35,485 nucleotides of DNA from Chromatiaceae bacterium (GTDB lineage: Bacteria > Pseudomonadota > Gammaproteobacteria > Chromatiales > Chromatiaceae). Of this stretch, positions 19,185 through 30,795 are shown piece after piece (the stretch's first letter is position 1; every line of letters starts with the position of its first letter). The DNA is taken from positions 1 through 35,485 of the forward strand of contig JANQGF010000243.1 in assembly GCA_028277465.1 (NCBI GenBank), written 5' to 3'. The notes beneath the pieces are model-generated. The model searched no databases. It was not told where the DNA came from and saw only the letters and a list, made by a program, of their open reading frames with translations. Position numbers and translations under genes: made by a program.

Positions 19185-22100
19185 ATGAGTTATCAGAACA
19201 GCCGAAAGGGTGAGGATCGCCGTCTTCATGTGCGCCATCGGGTGAACCTGTCCGCCGCCATCAGTGGACCGAAACACCCCCGATTGGACTGCCAGGTTCG
19301 CGACATCTGCAAGGGAGGGATGCTGCTGGATCTGGGTGAGGAGGACAGGAGGCCGCAGTTCGAGCCGGGCGATCATTGTCAGATCCGTTTCGACCTGTCC
19401 GACCAGGGTGGCCCGGGACCGATACAGGCCCGCATCGAGGTGGTCCGTCGAGCGCAATCGGGTCTCGGTGTCCGCATCCTTGCTCTGGCCGAGGACGGTG
19501 AAGAACGGCTGACACGCTTCATCGACCAAATCGAGCGACCCGTCGGTCTGGGCAGTCGGGCCGAGCTCACCCGGGACCAGTCGCGCGCGCGTGCGGTCTT
19601 GCGGGAGGTCAGTCAAGAGTATCTGCCGGAGCTGCTGGATTCCCTGCTCAATACCATCGTCGACGAGCTCTGGGCCTTCTGCGAGCGTGCTGAGAGCGAT
19701 TCGGCGCGCTCGCTCTTCACCAGCGAGATTGGTCTTCTGGTGCGCTCCATCCTGAAGGAGCGCCTGCCGCAACAGTTGCGGGACGCATTGATCGAGCCTT
19801 TGGCATCCCTCGGCGACATCTCCCCGGACAGGGACGACGCGAAGGGTGCACAAGCGGAGGAGCCCAGGGAGCTGGAGCTCGTCGAGCCCGACGCCTTTGA
19901 GACCTGGCTCGTCAAGTCGGAATTGAGTAACCGATTGGAACAGGCGTCACGGAAGACGCTGCAGACCTTGCGTGTCCAGACCTCGACCATCTTCGGTGGC
20001 GTGGTGCTGCCAATCGAGCCCGAGGGGTTCACCGAGATCCTCGAGCAGTCCCTGCGGTCGACCTCGATCGGGGGTGCGGTCCTGAGGAAATCGCTCCAGA
20101 TCGCGGGTGATTACCTGGGCAACCATCTCGGGGTCCTCTACGAAGAGGTCTTGCGGGCCTGGTCGGCGGCCGGACTCCCGATCTTCGAGCGACCTCCTGC
20201 GCAGCAGGAGGTCCGAGCGACCTGGCCGGTTCAGGAGCCGGCGGGTGGCGAACAGCAAGGGTTGCCGGCCACCCCCGTCCCGGGTCGAGAGGCCCCGCTT
20301 CGACAAACCAGTGCGAACCGGCGGCGTGTGCCGTCCCGAGGACTCGGTCTCGCCGATCTCTTGGCCAAGCTGCGGGCCGACGATGCGGGTCTCGCCCCGG
20401 CCTCAGGGCAGGCGCTCGCGCATCAACCACTGAAGGAATCCTGGTGCCAGTGGTTCAACAGCATCGACGCCCAGAGCCGCGATCTGCTGCAGTCGCCGCA
20501 GTTGCAGGAACGGGTCGAGCTGACCGATCGGATGCTCGCCCACATCCTCAATGACGTCGCCACGCCGACGCAGCTCAAATCCGTGCTCAAGCGGATCCCG
20601 ATCCACTTTCTCTCCATGGCGGTCAGTCAGCCGGGTGCCCTGGTCGATGAGGACCACCCACTGGTCGAGCTCATGAACCGATTGGAACGCCTGTCGCTGT
20701 TCCTGCCGAATGGCGAGCGCGACGACCAGCCGCTGAGCCGGGAGTTCGATGAGCTGGTCCGGCGGATGGTCTCGACCCAGGCGCACGACATGGGTGCCCT
20801 GCGTGAGCTGTCGGGGCAGCTGCAAGGGCTGGATGCGCGTCTTGGCCAGCTGTATCGAAGGAATGTCACCCACTGGGTGGATGTCTGTGAAACCAAGGAA
20901 CGTCAACGACTGGCGCGCGAGCAGGTGCGCGACCGGCTCAACGCCGCATTCGGCGGGCGGCAGGTTCACCGGATCCTGCTCGAGCTTATGGAGAGCGGCT
21001 GGCACAGCCTTCTGGAGTCGGTCTGCCAGTACAGCGGACCGGAGGGGCCGAGATGGAATCGGCATTGGGGCTCCCTGTGGAGTCTCCACCGCGCGACCGG
21101 GGGGCAAGAGGACGAGGCTGAGGGCGGCGAGCGTCAGGAGATCTCGGGCCTGATCGAGTCGCTGCTCAACGGGCTGGCCTCCGTCGGGATCGATCCCTTC
21201 ACCAGTGCCGAGCTGCTCGGGCGGATCGAGGCCGTGTTGGAGCGCGTGCGTCTGGGCCGGGTCCCGACCGATGGCTACTGCGCCTTCGAGGAGCTCGCCC
21301 CCAAGCGGGAAGATGCGCCAGATCTGCCCCCGCCGGATCTCCCGCCGTCGGAGTGGGAGCAGGGCTCGGCCCAGATCGATGCGGTGCCGATCGGTGCCCT
21401 CATCTGGATGCGCGACAAGGAGACGATCCGCGCACTGCGCCTGGTGTGGCGAAGCGATGACGGGTCTCGGCTCGCCTTGACCGACCCGCTGGGCAAGCGT
21501 CTCAAGACCATTCGCCGCAGCCGTTTGGTCAAGGCGCTGTTCAGGGGTAAGGCGCAACCCCAGGTACCCTCTCGGGAGCGGGTCATGACCCGTGCCGCCG
21601 AGGCATCGATGGCCGAGATGGAGGAGCGTTTGCAAGACCATGAGCACCGGGATCCAGTGACCGGGCTCGCGAACCAACATCGGTTGGTGGGTTCCCTGAC
21701 CAGCCTGCTGGTCTCTCGCCCAGACGGGTCGAGCCTGTACGCCTTGGGTTTCCTGGAGCTGGACCGTTTCGACGTCTTGACGGGGACCTATGGCTTCGGG
21801 GCGGGAGAGGAGATCCTCGCGGCAGTCGCCCGGCTGCTGCGAGAGCAGCTGCCGGACGCCCCCTGTCTCGCCTACCTGGGTGGAAGCCGTTTCGGTCTCG
21901 TGGCACAGGCGACGGACCGCGAGCATGCCGGTCAGATCGGCGAGGCGGTGCGCCGTGGTTTGAACCAACTCGCGTTCGAGTGGGAGGGCAAGGCCTGTCG
22001 GGTGTCCGCGAGCCTGGGTATCAGCCTCTCGACGGCCGAGGGCTGTGCGCCGGGGCATCTGCTCTCCACCACCGGTCTCGCCTGCCTCGCGGCACAACGC

Positions 22101-22991
22101 AACGGGGGTGACCGGGTGATGCTCTACAGCGAGGACGACGAGGTCATCCGCGATGAGATAGAACAGATGCGCCGCTGGATGCAGACGGAAGACGCCATCA
22201 AGGCCGAGCGCCGCCGGCTGCGCTGTCAGCGGATCGCCCCGATCGATCCCGCCTTTGGGTCTTCGCATCATTACGAGATCTTGCTGAGCGTCTACGACGA
22301 TCAGGGACAGCCCTTGCCTCTGGATTCATTCATCGCCTCCGCGGAGGCCTTGAATCTGATGCGTGAAGTCGACCGCCAGGTCATGGAGGCGACCTTCCAA
22401 TGGCTGCATGCGTGTCCGGAGGAGGCGAGCGCGGTCGGGGGTGTCGCCATCAACCTCTCGGGGCAGTCGCTGAGCGACCCGGATCTGGCGGCGTCCATTC
22501 GGGCAAACCTCGAGCGCTGGAAGATTCCGCCCGAGCTGGTCGGGTTCGAGGTGACCGAGACCGCTGCCATTTCCGATCTCGATCGGGCGGTGGTCACCCT
22601 CAATGAACTCAAGGCGATGGGGTGCCCCCTCTATCTCGACGATTTCGGCTCTGGTCTCTCCTCGTACGGCTATCTCAAACGTCTACCCGTGGACTACATC
22701 AAGATCGACGGCTCCTTCATCAAGGATATCTTGATCGATCCCCATGATCAGGAGATCGTGAGGTCCTTCAACGAGATCGCCCATTTCATGGGCAAGCAGA
22801 CGATCGCCGAGTATGTCGAGAACCCGGAGATCCTCGACCTGCTGCGAGAAATGGGTGTGGACTATGCGCAAGGCTACGCGATCGAGAAGCCGCGCTTCAT
22901 CGACGAGCTGGCTGCGGTCGCCACGAATGAACAGCCCTCCCCGGAAGGCATTCAGGCGTCAATGAACAATGGGGTGCGGGCGAGCGGTTGA
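19185..22991 (+). CDS. Large c-di-GMP signalling protein: N-terminal PilZ domain, roughly 700-aa uncharacterised region, degenerate GGDEF, intact EAL phosphodiesterase
   Basis: PilZ motifs RRLHVRHR and DICKGGMLLD. The GGDEF-like domain has GGSRF in place of GGDEF. EAL motifs EIL, NLSGQSL, EVTE, DDFGSG, KIDGSF, EYVE and QGY are all present. Confidence 0.8.
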   Translation: MSYQNSRKGEDRRLHVRHRVNLSAAISGPKHPRLDCQVRDICKGGMLLDLGEEDRRPQFEPGDHCQIRFDLSDQGGPGPIQARIEVVRRAQSGLGVRILALAEDGEERLTRFIDQIERPVGLGSRAELTRDQSRARAVLREVSQEYLPELLDSLLNTIVDELWAFCERAESDSARSLFTSEIGLLVRSILKERLPQQLRDALIEPLASLGDISPDRDDAKGAQAEEPRELELVEPDAFETWLVKSELSNRLEQASRKTLQTLRVQTSTIFGGVVLPIEPEGFTEILEQSLRSTSIGGAVLRKSLQIAGDYLGNHLGVLYEEVLRAWSAAGLPIFERPPAQQEVRATWPVQEPAGGEQQGLPATPVPGREAPLRQTSANRRRVPSRGLGLADLLAKLRADDAGLAPASGQALAHQPLKESWCQWFNSIDAQSRDLLQSPQLQERVELTDRMLAHILNDVATPTQLKSVLKRIPIHFLSMAVSQPGALVDEDHPLVELMNRLERLSLFLPNGERDDQPLSREFDELVRRMVSTQAHDMGALRELSGQLQGLDARLGQLYRRNVTHWVDVCETKERQRLAREQVRDRLNAAFGGRQVHRILLELMESGWHSLLESVCQYSGPEGPRWNRHWGSLWSLHRATGGQEDEAEGGERQEISGLIESLLNGLASVGIDPFTSAELLGRIEAVLERVRLGRVPTDGYCAFEELAPKREDAPDLPPPDLPPSEWEQGSAQIDAVPIGALIWMRDKETIRALRLVWRSDDGSRLALTDPLGKRLKTIRRSRLVKALFRGKAQPQVPSRERVMTRAAEASMAEMEERLQDHEHRDPVTGLANQHRLVGSLTSLLVSRPDGSSLYALGFLELDRFDVLTGTYGFGAGEEILAAVARLLREQLPDAPCLAYLGGSRFGLVAQATDREHAGQIGEAVRRGLNQLAFEWEGKACRVSASLGISLSTAEGCAPGHLLSTTGLACLAAQRNGGDRVMLYSEDDEVIRDEIEQMRRWMQTEDAIKAERRRLRCQRIAPIDPAFGSSHHYEILLSVYDDQGQPLPLDSFIASAEALNLMREVDRQVMEATFQWLHACPEEASAVGGVAINLSGQSLSDPDLAASIRANLERWKIPPELVGFEVTETAAISDLDRAVVTLNELKAMGCPLYLDDFGSGLSSYGYLKRLPVDYIKIDGSFIKDILIDPHDQEIVRSFNEIAHFMGKQTIAEYVENPEILDLLREMGVDYAQGYAIEKPRFIDELAAVATNEQPSPEGIQASMNNGVRASG

Positions 22992-24109
22992 GACGCCTCC
23001 TGGTCTTCGGCCTCGCCGTGCTCCTCGGCGCGCTGGGCGGATGTGGAAGAGACCCCGGTCCCGAACCGACCGCGCGGCGGGTCGGCACCGACTCGGCACA
23101 CCTGGTCAGTGCGATCCGCGTCGAGCGGCGCGCCTCCAGCACGCACCATGAGCGTCCAGGCTCGCTGCGTTATCGCCGCCTGATGCGCGTCTTCAATCAG
23201 GAAGAGGGGCGGATCACCCGCTTGGAGCTGTTCGAGGGTGACCGGGTGAGCGAGGGACAGCCCCTGGTGCAGCTGGATGACGATCTGCTGCGGGCCGAGC
23301 TCGACAAGGCACGCGCCACCTTGCAACAGGCGCGGCTCGATCTCGAGCGGCTGGAGGACCTGGGCCGCCGACGGGCCGTCTCGGAGTCTGAGGTGAGCCT
23401 GTCACGGACGGCGCTAAGCCTTGCCGAGGCCGATGTCCGCCTGCTCGAAACACGTCTCGCCTTCACTCGGATCCTGGCCCCATTCGATGGCGTCATCATC
23501 GAACGGCTGGTCGAGCCGGGCGACTTCGTCTCCAAGAACACCCGTTTGCTCTCGCTCGCCGATCCCGGATCGCTGGTGGCCGAGGTCTACGCCTCCGAGC
23601 TGATCCTGCCCCATCTGCGGGTCGGCGACCCGGCCCGGCTGCGCATCGATGCGCTCGGCGACCGGGACTTCGCGGCCCGGGTGCTGCGAATCCATCCGAG
23701 GCTCGAGGAGACCAGCCGCCAGGGCATCCTCGAGCTCGCACTCGACCCGATCCCAGAAGGTGCTCGGGCCGGTCAGTTCGTGCGCGCCTTCCTGGAGACC
23801 GAGTCTGTCGAGCGCTTGCTGGTGCCCTTCCGGGCGCTGCGGCGCGACCGCGAGGGCGAATTCGTCTGGCTGATCGGGGCAGAGGGCCGGGCGACCCGAC
23901 GGTCGGTGCGTGGCGGGCTTCAGATCGGCGACAGCATCGAGATCCGTGACGGACTGGAGCCGGGTGAGCGCGTCATCACCCGCGGTTTCCTGGGTCTGCG
24001 TGCGGGCAAGGTGGTCAAGGTCCCCTCGTCGCAGGGGCCCGAGCACCCGATGGATGCGGGCCATGAGCGGCGGGCGGCCGAGTCCGCGGCGGTGTCGAGG
24101 GGCGATTAG
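22988..24109 (+). CDS. RND efflux periplasmic adaptor (membrane fusion protein, HlyD/AcrA family) lipoprotein
   Basis: Lipobox LLGALGGCG. Coiled-coil, lipoyl and beta-barrel segments typical of MFPs. TTG start in a TTGA overlap with the upstream stop. Confidence 0.75.
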   Translation: MRRLLVFGLAVLLGALGGCGRDPGPEPTARRVGTDSAHLVSAIRVERRASSTHHERPGSLRYRRLMRVFNQEEGRITRLELFEGDRVSEGQPLVQLDDDLLRAELDKARATLQQARLDLERLEDLGRRRAVSESEVSLSRTALSLAEADVRLLETRLAFTRILAPFDGVIIERLVEPGDFVSKNTRLLSLADPGSLVAEVYASELILPHLRVGDPARLRIDALGDRDFAARVLRIHPRLEETSRQGILELALDPIPEGARAGQFVRAFLETESVERLLVPFRALRRDREGEFVWLIGAEGRATRRSVRGGLQIGDSIEIRDGLEPGERVITRGFLGLRAGKVVKVPSSQGPEHPMDAGHERRAAESAAVSRGD

Positions 24110-24267
24110 CGGCGCAGCCGCATCCGCCGGCGGACGGAGAACTTGTCCGACTTGGCATCCTCCAAGTTGGATCGCCTGAGCAGAGGCAGGCCCGACCTCA
24201 TCCAGGCTCACGCTGTTGTCGGGTGAGCGTCCCGCGCCGCGCAGGAACCTGCAGAGAAGAGCCCGTC

Positions 24268-27465
<3,198 letters not shown>

Positions 27466-27532
27466 GACAGCCGGACTTGCCACCGCCGTAAGGACGTCGG
27501 CCGTGCCATGCGTCCAGCTTGGGACCCGTCGA

Positions 27533-27556
27533 AAGCGCCTCGAGCCGAGTCGAGGC
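27533..27556. other. Hairpin gcgcctcga-gccgag-tcgaggcgc between the convergent RND and VOC genes
   Basis: 9-bp perfect stem. No clear U-tract on either strand, so a weak or questionable terminator. Confidence 0.3.
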
Positions 27557-27656
27557 GCTCCGAGTTGCAGACGCGCGGGCGACACCTGCCGCCCCGCCCG
27601 CATTGGCTACCGACAGTTGCCGCGGTACCCACGCGCCCGCGGCCCCATTCCCCTTC

Positions 27657-28049
27657 TTACTCGGCCTTCATCTCATAGGTGATGGCCGAGAGCGTGGCGC
27701 CCTGAGGATCCTGAAAGACGCAGAAACGGCCGACGGTGGGAATATCCTGGGGCGGCAACAGCACCTTTCCCCCCAATTCGACGACCTTGGCGGCCATGGC
27801 GTCGACGTCCTCGACCGTGACATAGGCGCCCCATTGGGGTGGCGCACCGGCGGCCTGGGGTGGGATGGGCATCATGCCGGCGACCTGCTTGCCGGCGACC
27901 TCGATCACCGAGTAAATGGTGTCGCCCATGTTGCTGTCCTTGATGTCCCAACCGAAAAGCTGGTGGTAGAAGGACTTGGCGGCATCCATGTCGGTCGTCA
28001 TCAGCTCGTTCCAGCTGAAGGCGCCCGGGGTCGAAAAGACATCGCTCAC
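27657..28049 (-). CDS. VOC/glyoxalase-bleomycin-resistance superfamily protein (130 aa)
   Basis: Typical VOC beta-alpha-beta-beta-beta modules: FSWNELMTTDMDAAKSFYHQLFGW, and CVFQDPQG near the C-terminus. Confidence 0.7.
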   Translation of the reverse strand: MSDVFSTPGAFSWNELMTTDMDAAKSFYHQLFGWDIKDSNMGDTIYSVIEVAGKQVAGMMPIPPQAAGAPPQWGAYVTVEDVDAMAAKVVELGGKVLLPPQDIPTVGRFCVFQDPQGATLSAITYEMKAE

Positions 28050-28080
28050 TGCAACCTCCTGATGTGTGTTGGCATCGGTC

Positions 28081-28243
28081 TTAGGCGATTTCTGTCAATT
28101 CTCATCCCACCTGGCTTGTCTTGACGCCCGCCTTCTGCGTCGCGCCAGCAGTCACATCGCGCGGCGATGCTCCTGCCGGCGCTCCTTGAAGGCAGACGCC
28201 AATCCGGCGCCATCTGGCATGAGAATTTCCGGCAATCGCCTTA
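28081..28243 (+). repeat. Copy 2 (plus orientation) of the 163-bp structured repeat element
   Basis: About 90% identical to the reverse complement of 1714-1876. Terminal stem ggcgatttctgtcaattctcat... pairs with ...atgagaatttccggcaatcgcc. Same internal hairpin ctgcc-ggcgctccttgaa-ggcag. Confidence 0.8.
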
Positions 28244-28303
28244 TCGGTCAGTCCTTCCTATAGTCGAGGAACGCGGAAGGTGCAAATCGGGAAGATCGAT
28301 GGG

Positions 28304-29644
28304 TCAGAAATTCCAGCGCAGTCCGGCGGTTAGCACATTGCTGCGACGCCTGCCGTCCTCCTCCAGACTGGAATCCAGCTTCAGGTTCAAGTAGAGGTAG
28401 CGCTCGAAGTCCTTGAGGGCGTATCGGACTCCGACCACGCCGTACTTGAGGCGATAGTCGCCCGCCAGCGGTTGCCCGGGGGCGGGCTCGAGCCAGTTCC
28501 AGCCGAAGGTGCCCCACCATTTGCCACGCAGCCGACGCTGTCCGTAGAGCTCCCACCCGAATCCGTCGAAGTAGTGGCCTTGGTCGGTGGTTTCATGATT
28601 GCGAAGCCGGGCGACGACGGTCCCGAGATACCAGTCATCGCTGAACCAGCGGGCCCCGAGCGCCAATGCCTCGGCGTTGCCGTGGATGCCCAGGCCGCGC
28701 AGCCTCGGGCTCAGATGGTTCGGAATCTGAGCGTGGTTGTAAGCGATCCCGAAGGAGAAGTTGGTGCTCGTCGCCAGGAGGGCGCTGAGACCGATCGCCC
28801 GGCCATAGTGGGCACCCTGGACGTCTGGTATGGGCTCCCCGCTCTGTAGCTGGACATTTAGGCTGAAGGGCTCGAAGCCCAGCAACTTGGGCAGGACATC
28901 CAAATGGACCCGGGTCTGGATGGCTTGCTCCGCCCGGCCGGTGCCTGTGTAGCCGCCGTCCGTCCCGGCGTTGTAGGTGCCGACGGCCTGCCCGCCGGTG
29001 CCGGCGAAACGGTCGGTGAAGCTGGTAACCTTGTAGTAGACGGACCAAGTCTTGCCGATCACCAGGAAGAGGTTGGGCGACTCGAAGCTGAGATAGTGCA
29101 GACGCGGGAAGAAGCTGTCGCCGCGCCCCCCCGATGGGGAGTTTCCGTTGGCCAGGGCCGCAATCTCGTCGAGCAGCTTGAAGCCGGCCTCGCCGCGGAT
29201 CGACAACCACTTCTGCGGCATCACTTGATAGCGGCCCTGGACGCCGATCCTGGAACTGCCGTCCTCGATACTCTGTCGCTCGGAGGTCGCGCGGAAACGC
29301 ACCCTTAGACTGCCGTAGACGGAAAAGAGGTTCGGCTGCTCCGAGGGGGTGTCCTTGGGCGTGGTCGCGGCCTCGCGCTGGATGGTCCGCTGCTGCTGCG
29401 TCAAGGGGTCTTCCTCGGCCTCCTCCTCGCGCGCTCGGGCCTGCGTCTCGCCCGTATCGGTGACTCGTTCCCGCGCCTTGGGCGGCGCCTCCGCGCCGAG
29501 GGCAGACGTGGCGCGCCCCGTGAGCCCGAGGCAGAGCAATGCGACGCCGATCCAAACGACTCCAGGGGACAGGGGTCCCGCCTTCGAGCCCCCCCTCAGG
29601 CTGCGACCAACGAACCCGGGAGCGAGCGGACGAGGCTCAGTCAC
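28304..29644 (-). CDS. Outer-membrane beta-barrel porin (446 aa), C-terminal ...GLRWNF
   Basis: Signal-like segment VVWIGVALLCLGLTGRATSALGA. Alternating beta-strand pattern and an aromatic C-terminal residue. GTG start overlaps the glutaminase stop by 8 bp. Exact start uncertain. Confidence 0.65.
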   Translation of the reverse strand: MTEPRPLAPGFVGRSLRGGSKAGPLSPGVVWIGVALLCLGLTGRATSALGAEAPPKARERVTDTGETQARAREEEAEEDPLTQQQRTIQREAATTPKDTPSEQPNLFSVYGSLRVRFRATSERQSIEDGSSRIGVQGRYQVMPQKWLSIRGEAGFKLLDEIAALANGNSPSGGRGDSFFPRLHYLSFESPNLFLVIGKTWSVYYKVTSFTDRFAGTGGQAVGTYNAGTDGGYTGTGRAEQAIQTRVHLDVLPKLLGFEPFSLNVQLQSGEPIPDVQGAHYGRAIGLSALLATSTNFSFGIAYNHAQIPNHLSPRLRGLGIHGNAEALALGARWFSDDWYLGTVVARLRNHETTDQGHYFDGFGWELYGQRRLRGKWWGTFGWNWLEPAPGQPLAGDYRLKYGVVGVRYALKDFERYLYLNLKLDSSLEEDGRRRSNVLTAGLRWNF

Positions 29645-30731
29645 GCAGCAGTCGGTCGATCGAATGCAAGTGCCATTTGGTCACCAGGCGCTCGATCGCC
29701 AAGGCTCCGCGCACGCTGTTGCCCGCGGCATCGAGCCGTGGCGAGTAGGCGACGATGGCGCCCCAGCCCGGCACCACCGCCAGGATGGCGCCACTCACGC
29801 CGCTCTTGGCCGGCAGCCCGACGCGTGTCCACCAGAGACCACTCTGCTCGTACATCCCCGCGATGACCATGACCGAGAGGACGGTCCGCACCGTCTCGCG
29901 ACTCAGGACGCGGCGCCCGCTCGTCGGCTGGACGCCACCGGTGGCGAGCGTGGCGCCCATCCGCGCGAGATCCGCGACCGTCACCCCGACGATACAGGCC
30001 TCGAGATACCGATTCGTGACGTCGTCGACGTCGCCCTCGAGCCGGCCCGCGGCCTTCATCTGATAGGCCAGGGTATAGGTCAACGCCCTTGGCTCGGCGC
30101 GCCAGGCGTCGTTGATGGCGAGGGGGTCATGAGCCATCGCCGAGTAGAGCGCGACCACGGCGTCGGTCTTGGCCTCCGGGCTTGCGCCCTGTAAGAAGCT
30201 ATGCGTGGCGATCGCACCGGCGTTGACCAGCGGGTTCTGCTCGGTGGTCTCGCGCACGGCGCCGGCCGCGACCTCGTTGTAGGGCATGCCGGTGGCGCTG
30301 GCCCCGATCTTGTCGAGCATGAAATCCGCCCCGCGCTGCTCCACGGCCAGGGCATAGGTGAAGGGCTTGGAGACGGACATGAGTGGAAAACGGGTCTCGG
30401 CGCGTCCCGCGTTGAAGCTGCGACCGTCCACCAGGGCCACCGCGATGGCGAAGTCCTCCGGATCGGTTCCTTCGACCGCCGCCGAATAGACCTCGCCCTC
30501 CCGATTGTCGGCGAGCTCGGCGATCACGGCCTCGGCGTCGCGCAGCATGTCCGCCAAGGTCGGATCCGCTGCCCCCCGCGGGGCCGAGGGGATTGCCCCC
30601 TCGGTTTCGATGTCGCCACGCGTCTGGGTGGCTGCCACACTTGGCTCGGCTTGCAGCGTCTGGGCACCGCCCAGGCCGAGCACCCCGAGCAGGAGCATCA
30701 GAAGGCGGAGCCTGTTACGCGCTTTCATCAT
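29637..30731 (-). CDS. glsA: Glutaminase A family enzyme with an N-terminal signal peptide (predicted periplasmic)
   Basis: Serine-dependent beta-lactamase-like glutaminase motifs MSVSKPFTYALA, LVNAGAIA, GMYEQSG, LPAKSGVSGAIL, YSPRLDAAGNSVRG. Signal peptide MMKARNRLRLLMLLLGVLGLGGAQTLQA. GGAGG RBS. Confidence 0.8.
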   Translation of the reverse strand: MMKARNRLRLLMLLLGVLGLGGAQTLQAEPSVAATQTRGDIETEGAIPSAPRGAADPTLADMLRDAEAVIAELADNREGEVYSAAVEGTDPEDFAIAVALVDGRSFNAGRAETRFPLMSVSKPFTYALAVEQRGADFMLDKIGASATGMPYNEVAAGAVRETTEQNPLVNAGAIATHSFLQGASPEAKTDAVVALYSAMAHDPLAINDAWRAEPRALTYTLAYQMKAAGRLEGDVDDVTNRYLEACIVGVTVADLARMGATLATGGVQPTSGRRVLSRETVRTVLSVMVIAGMYEQSGLWWTRVGLPAKSGVSGAILAVVPGWGAIVAYSPRLDAAGNSVRGALAIERLVTKWHLHSIDRLLRD

Positions 30732-30795
30732 CAAGCCTCCGGAAGGATCGCGCCCGAATGGCCGGGATCTGGCATCAGACGCTGGGTTCGCACAT

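Noticed and set aside
28167-28394. A 75-aa ORF, MLLPALLEG..., resembling the start of ORF 1038-1820
   Set aside because: The similarity comes from both ORFs reading through copies of the 163-bp structured repeat. Beyond the repeat the sequences diverge completely, so they are not homologous proteins.
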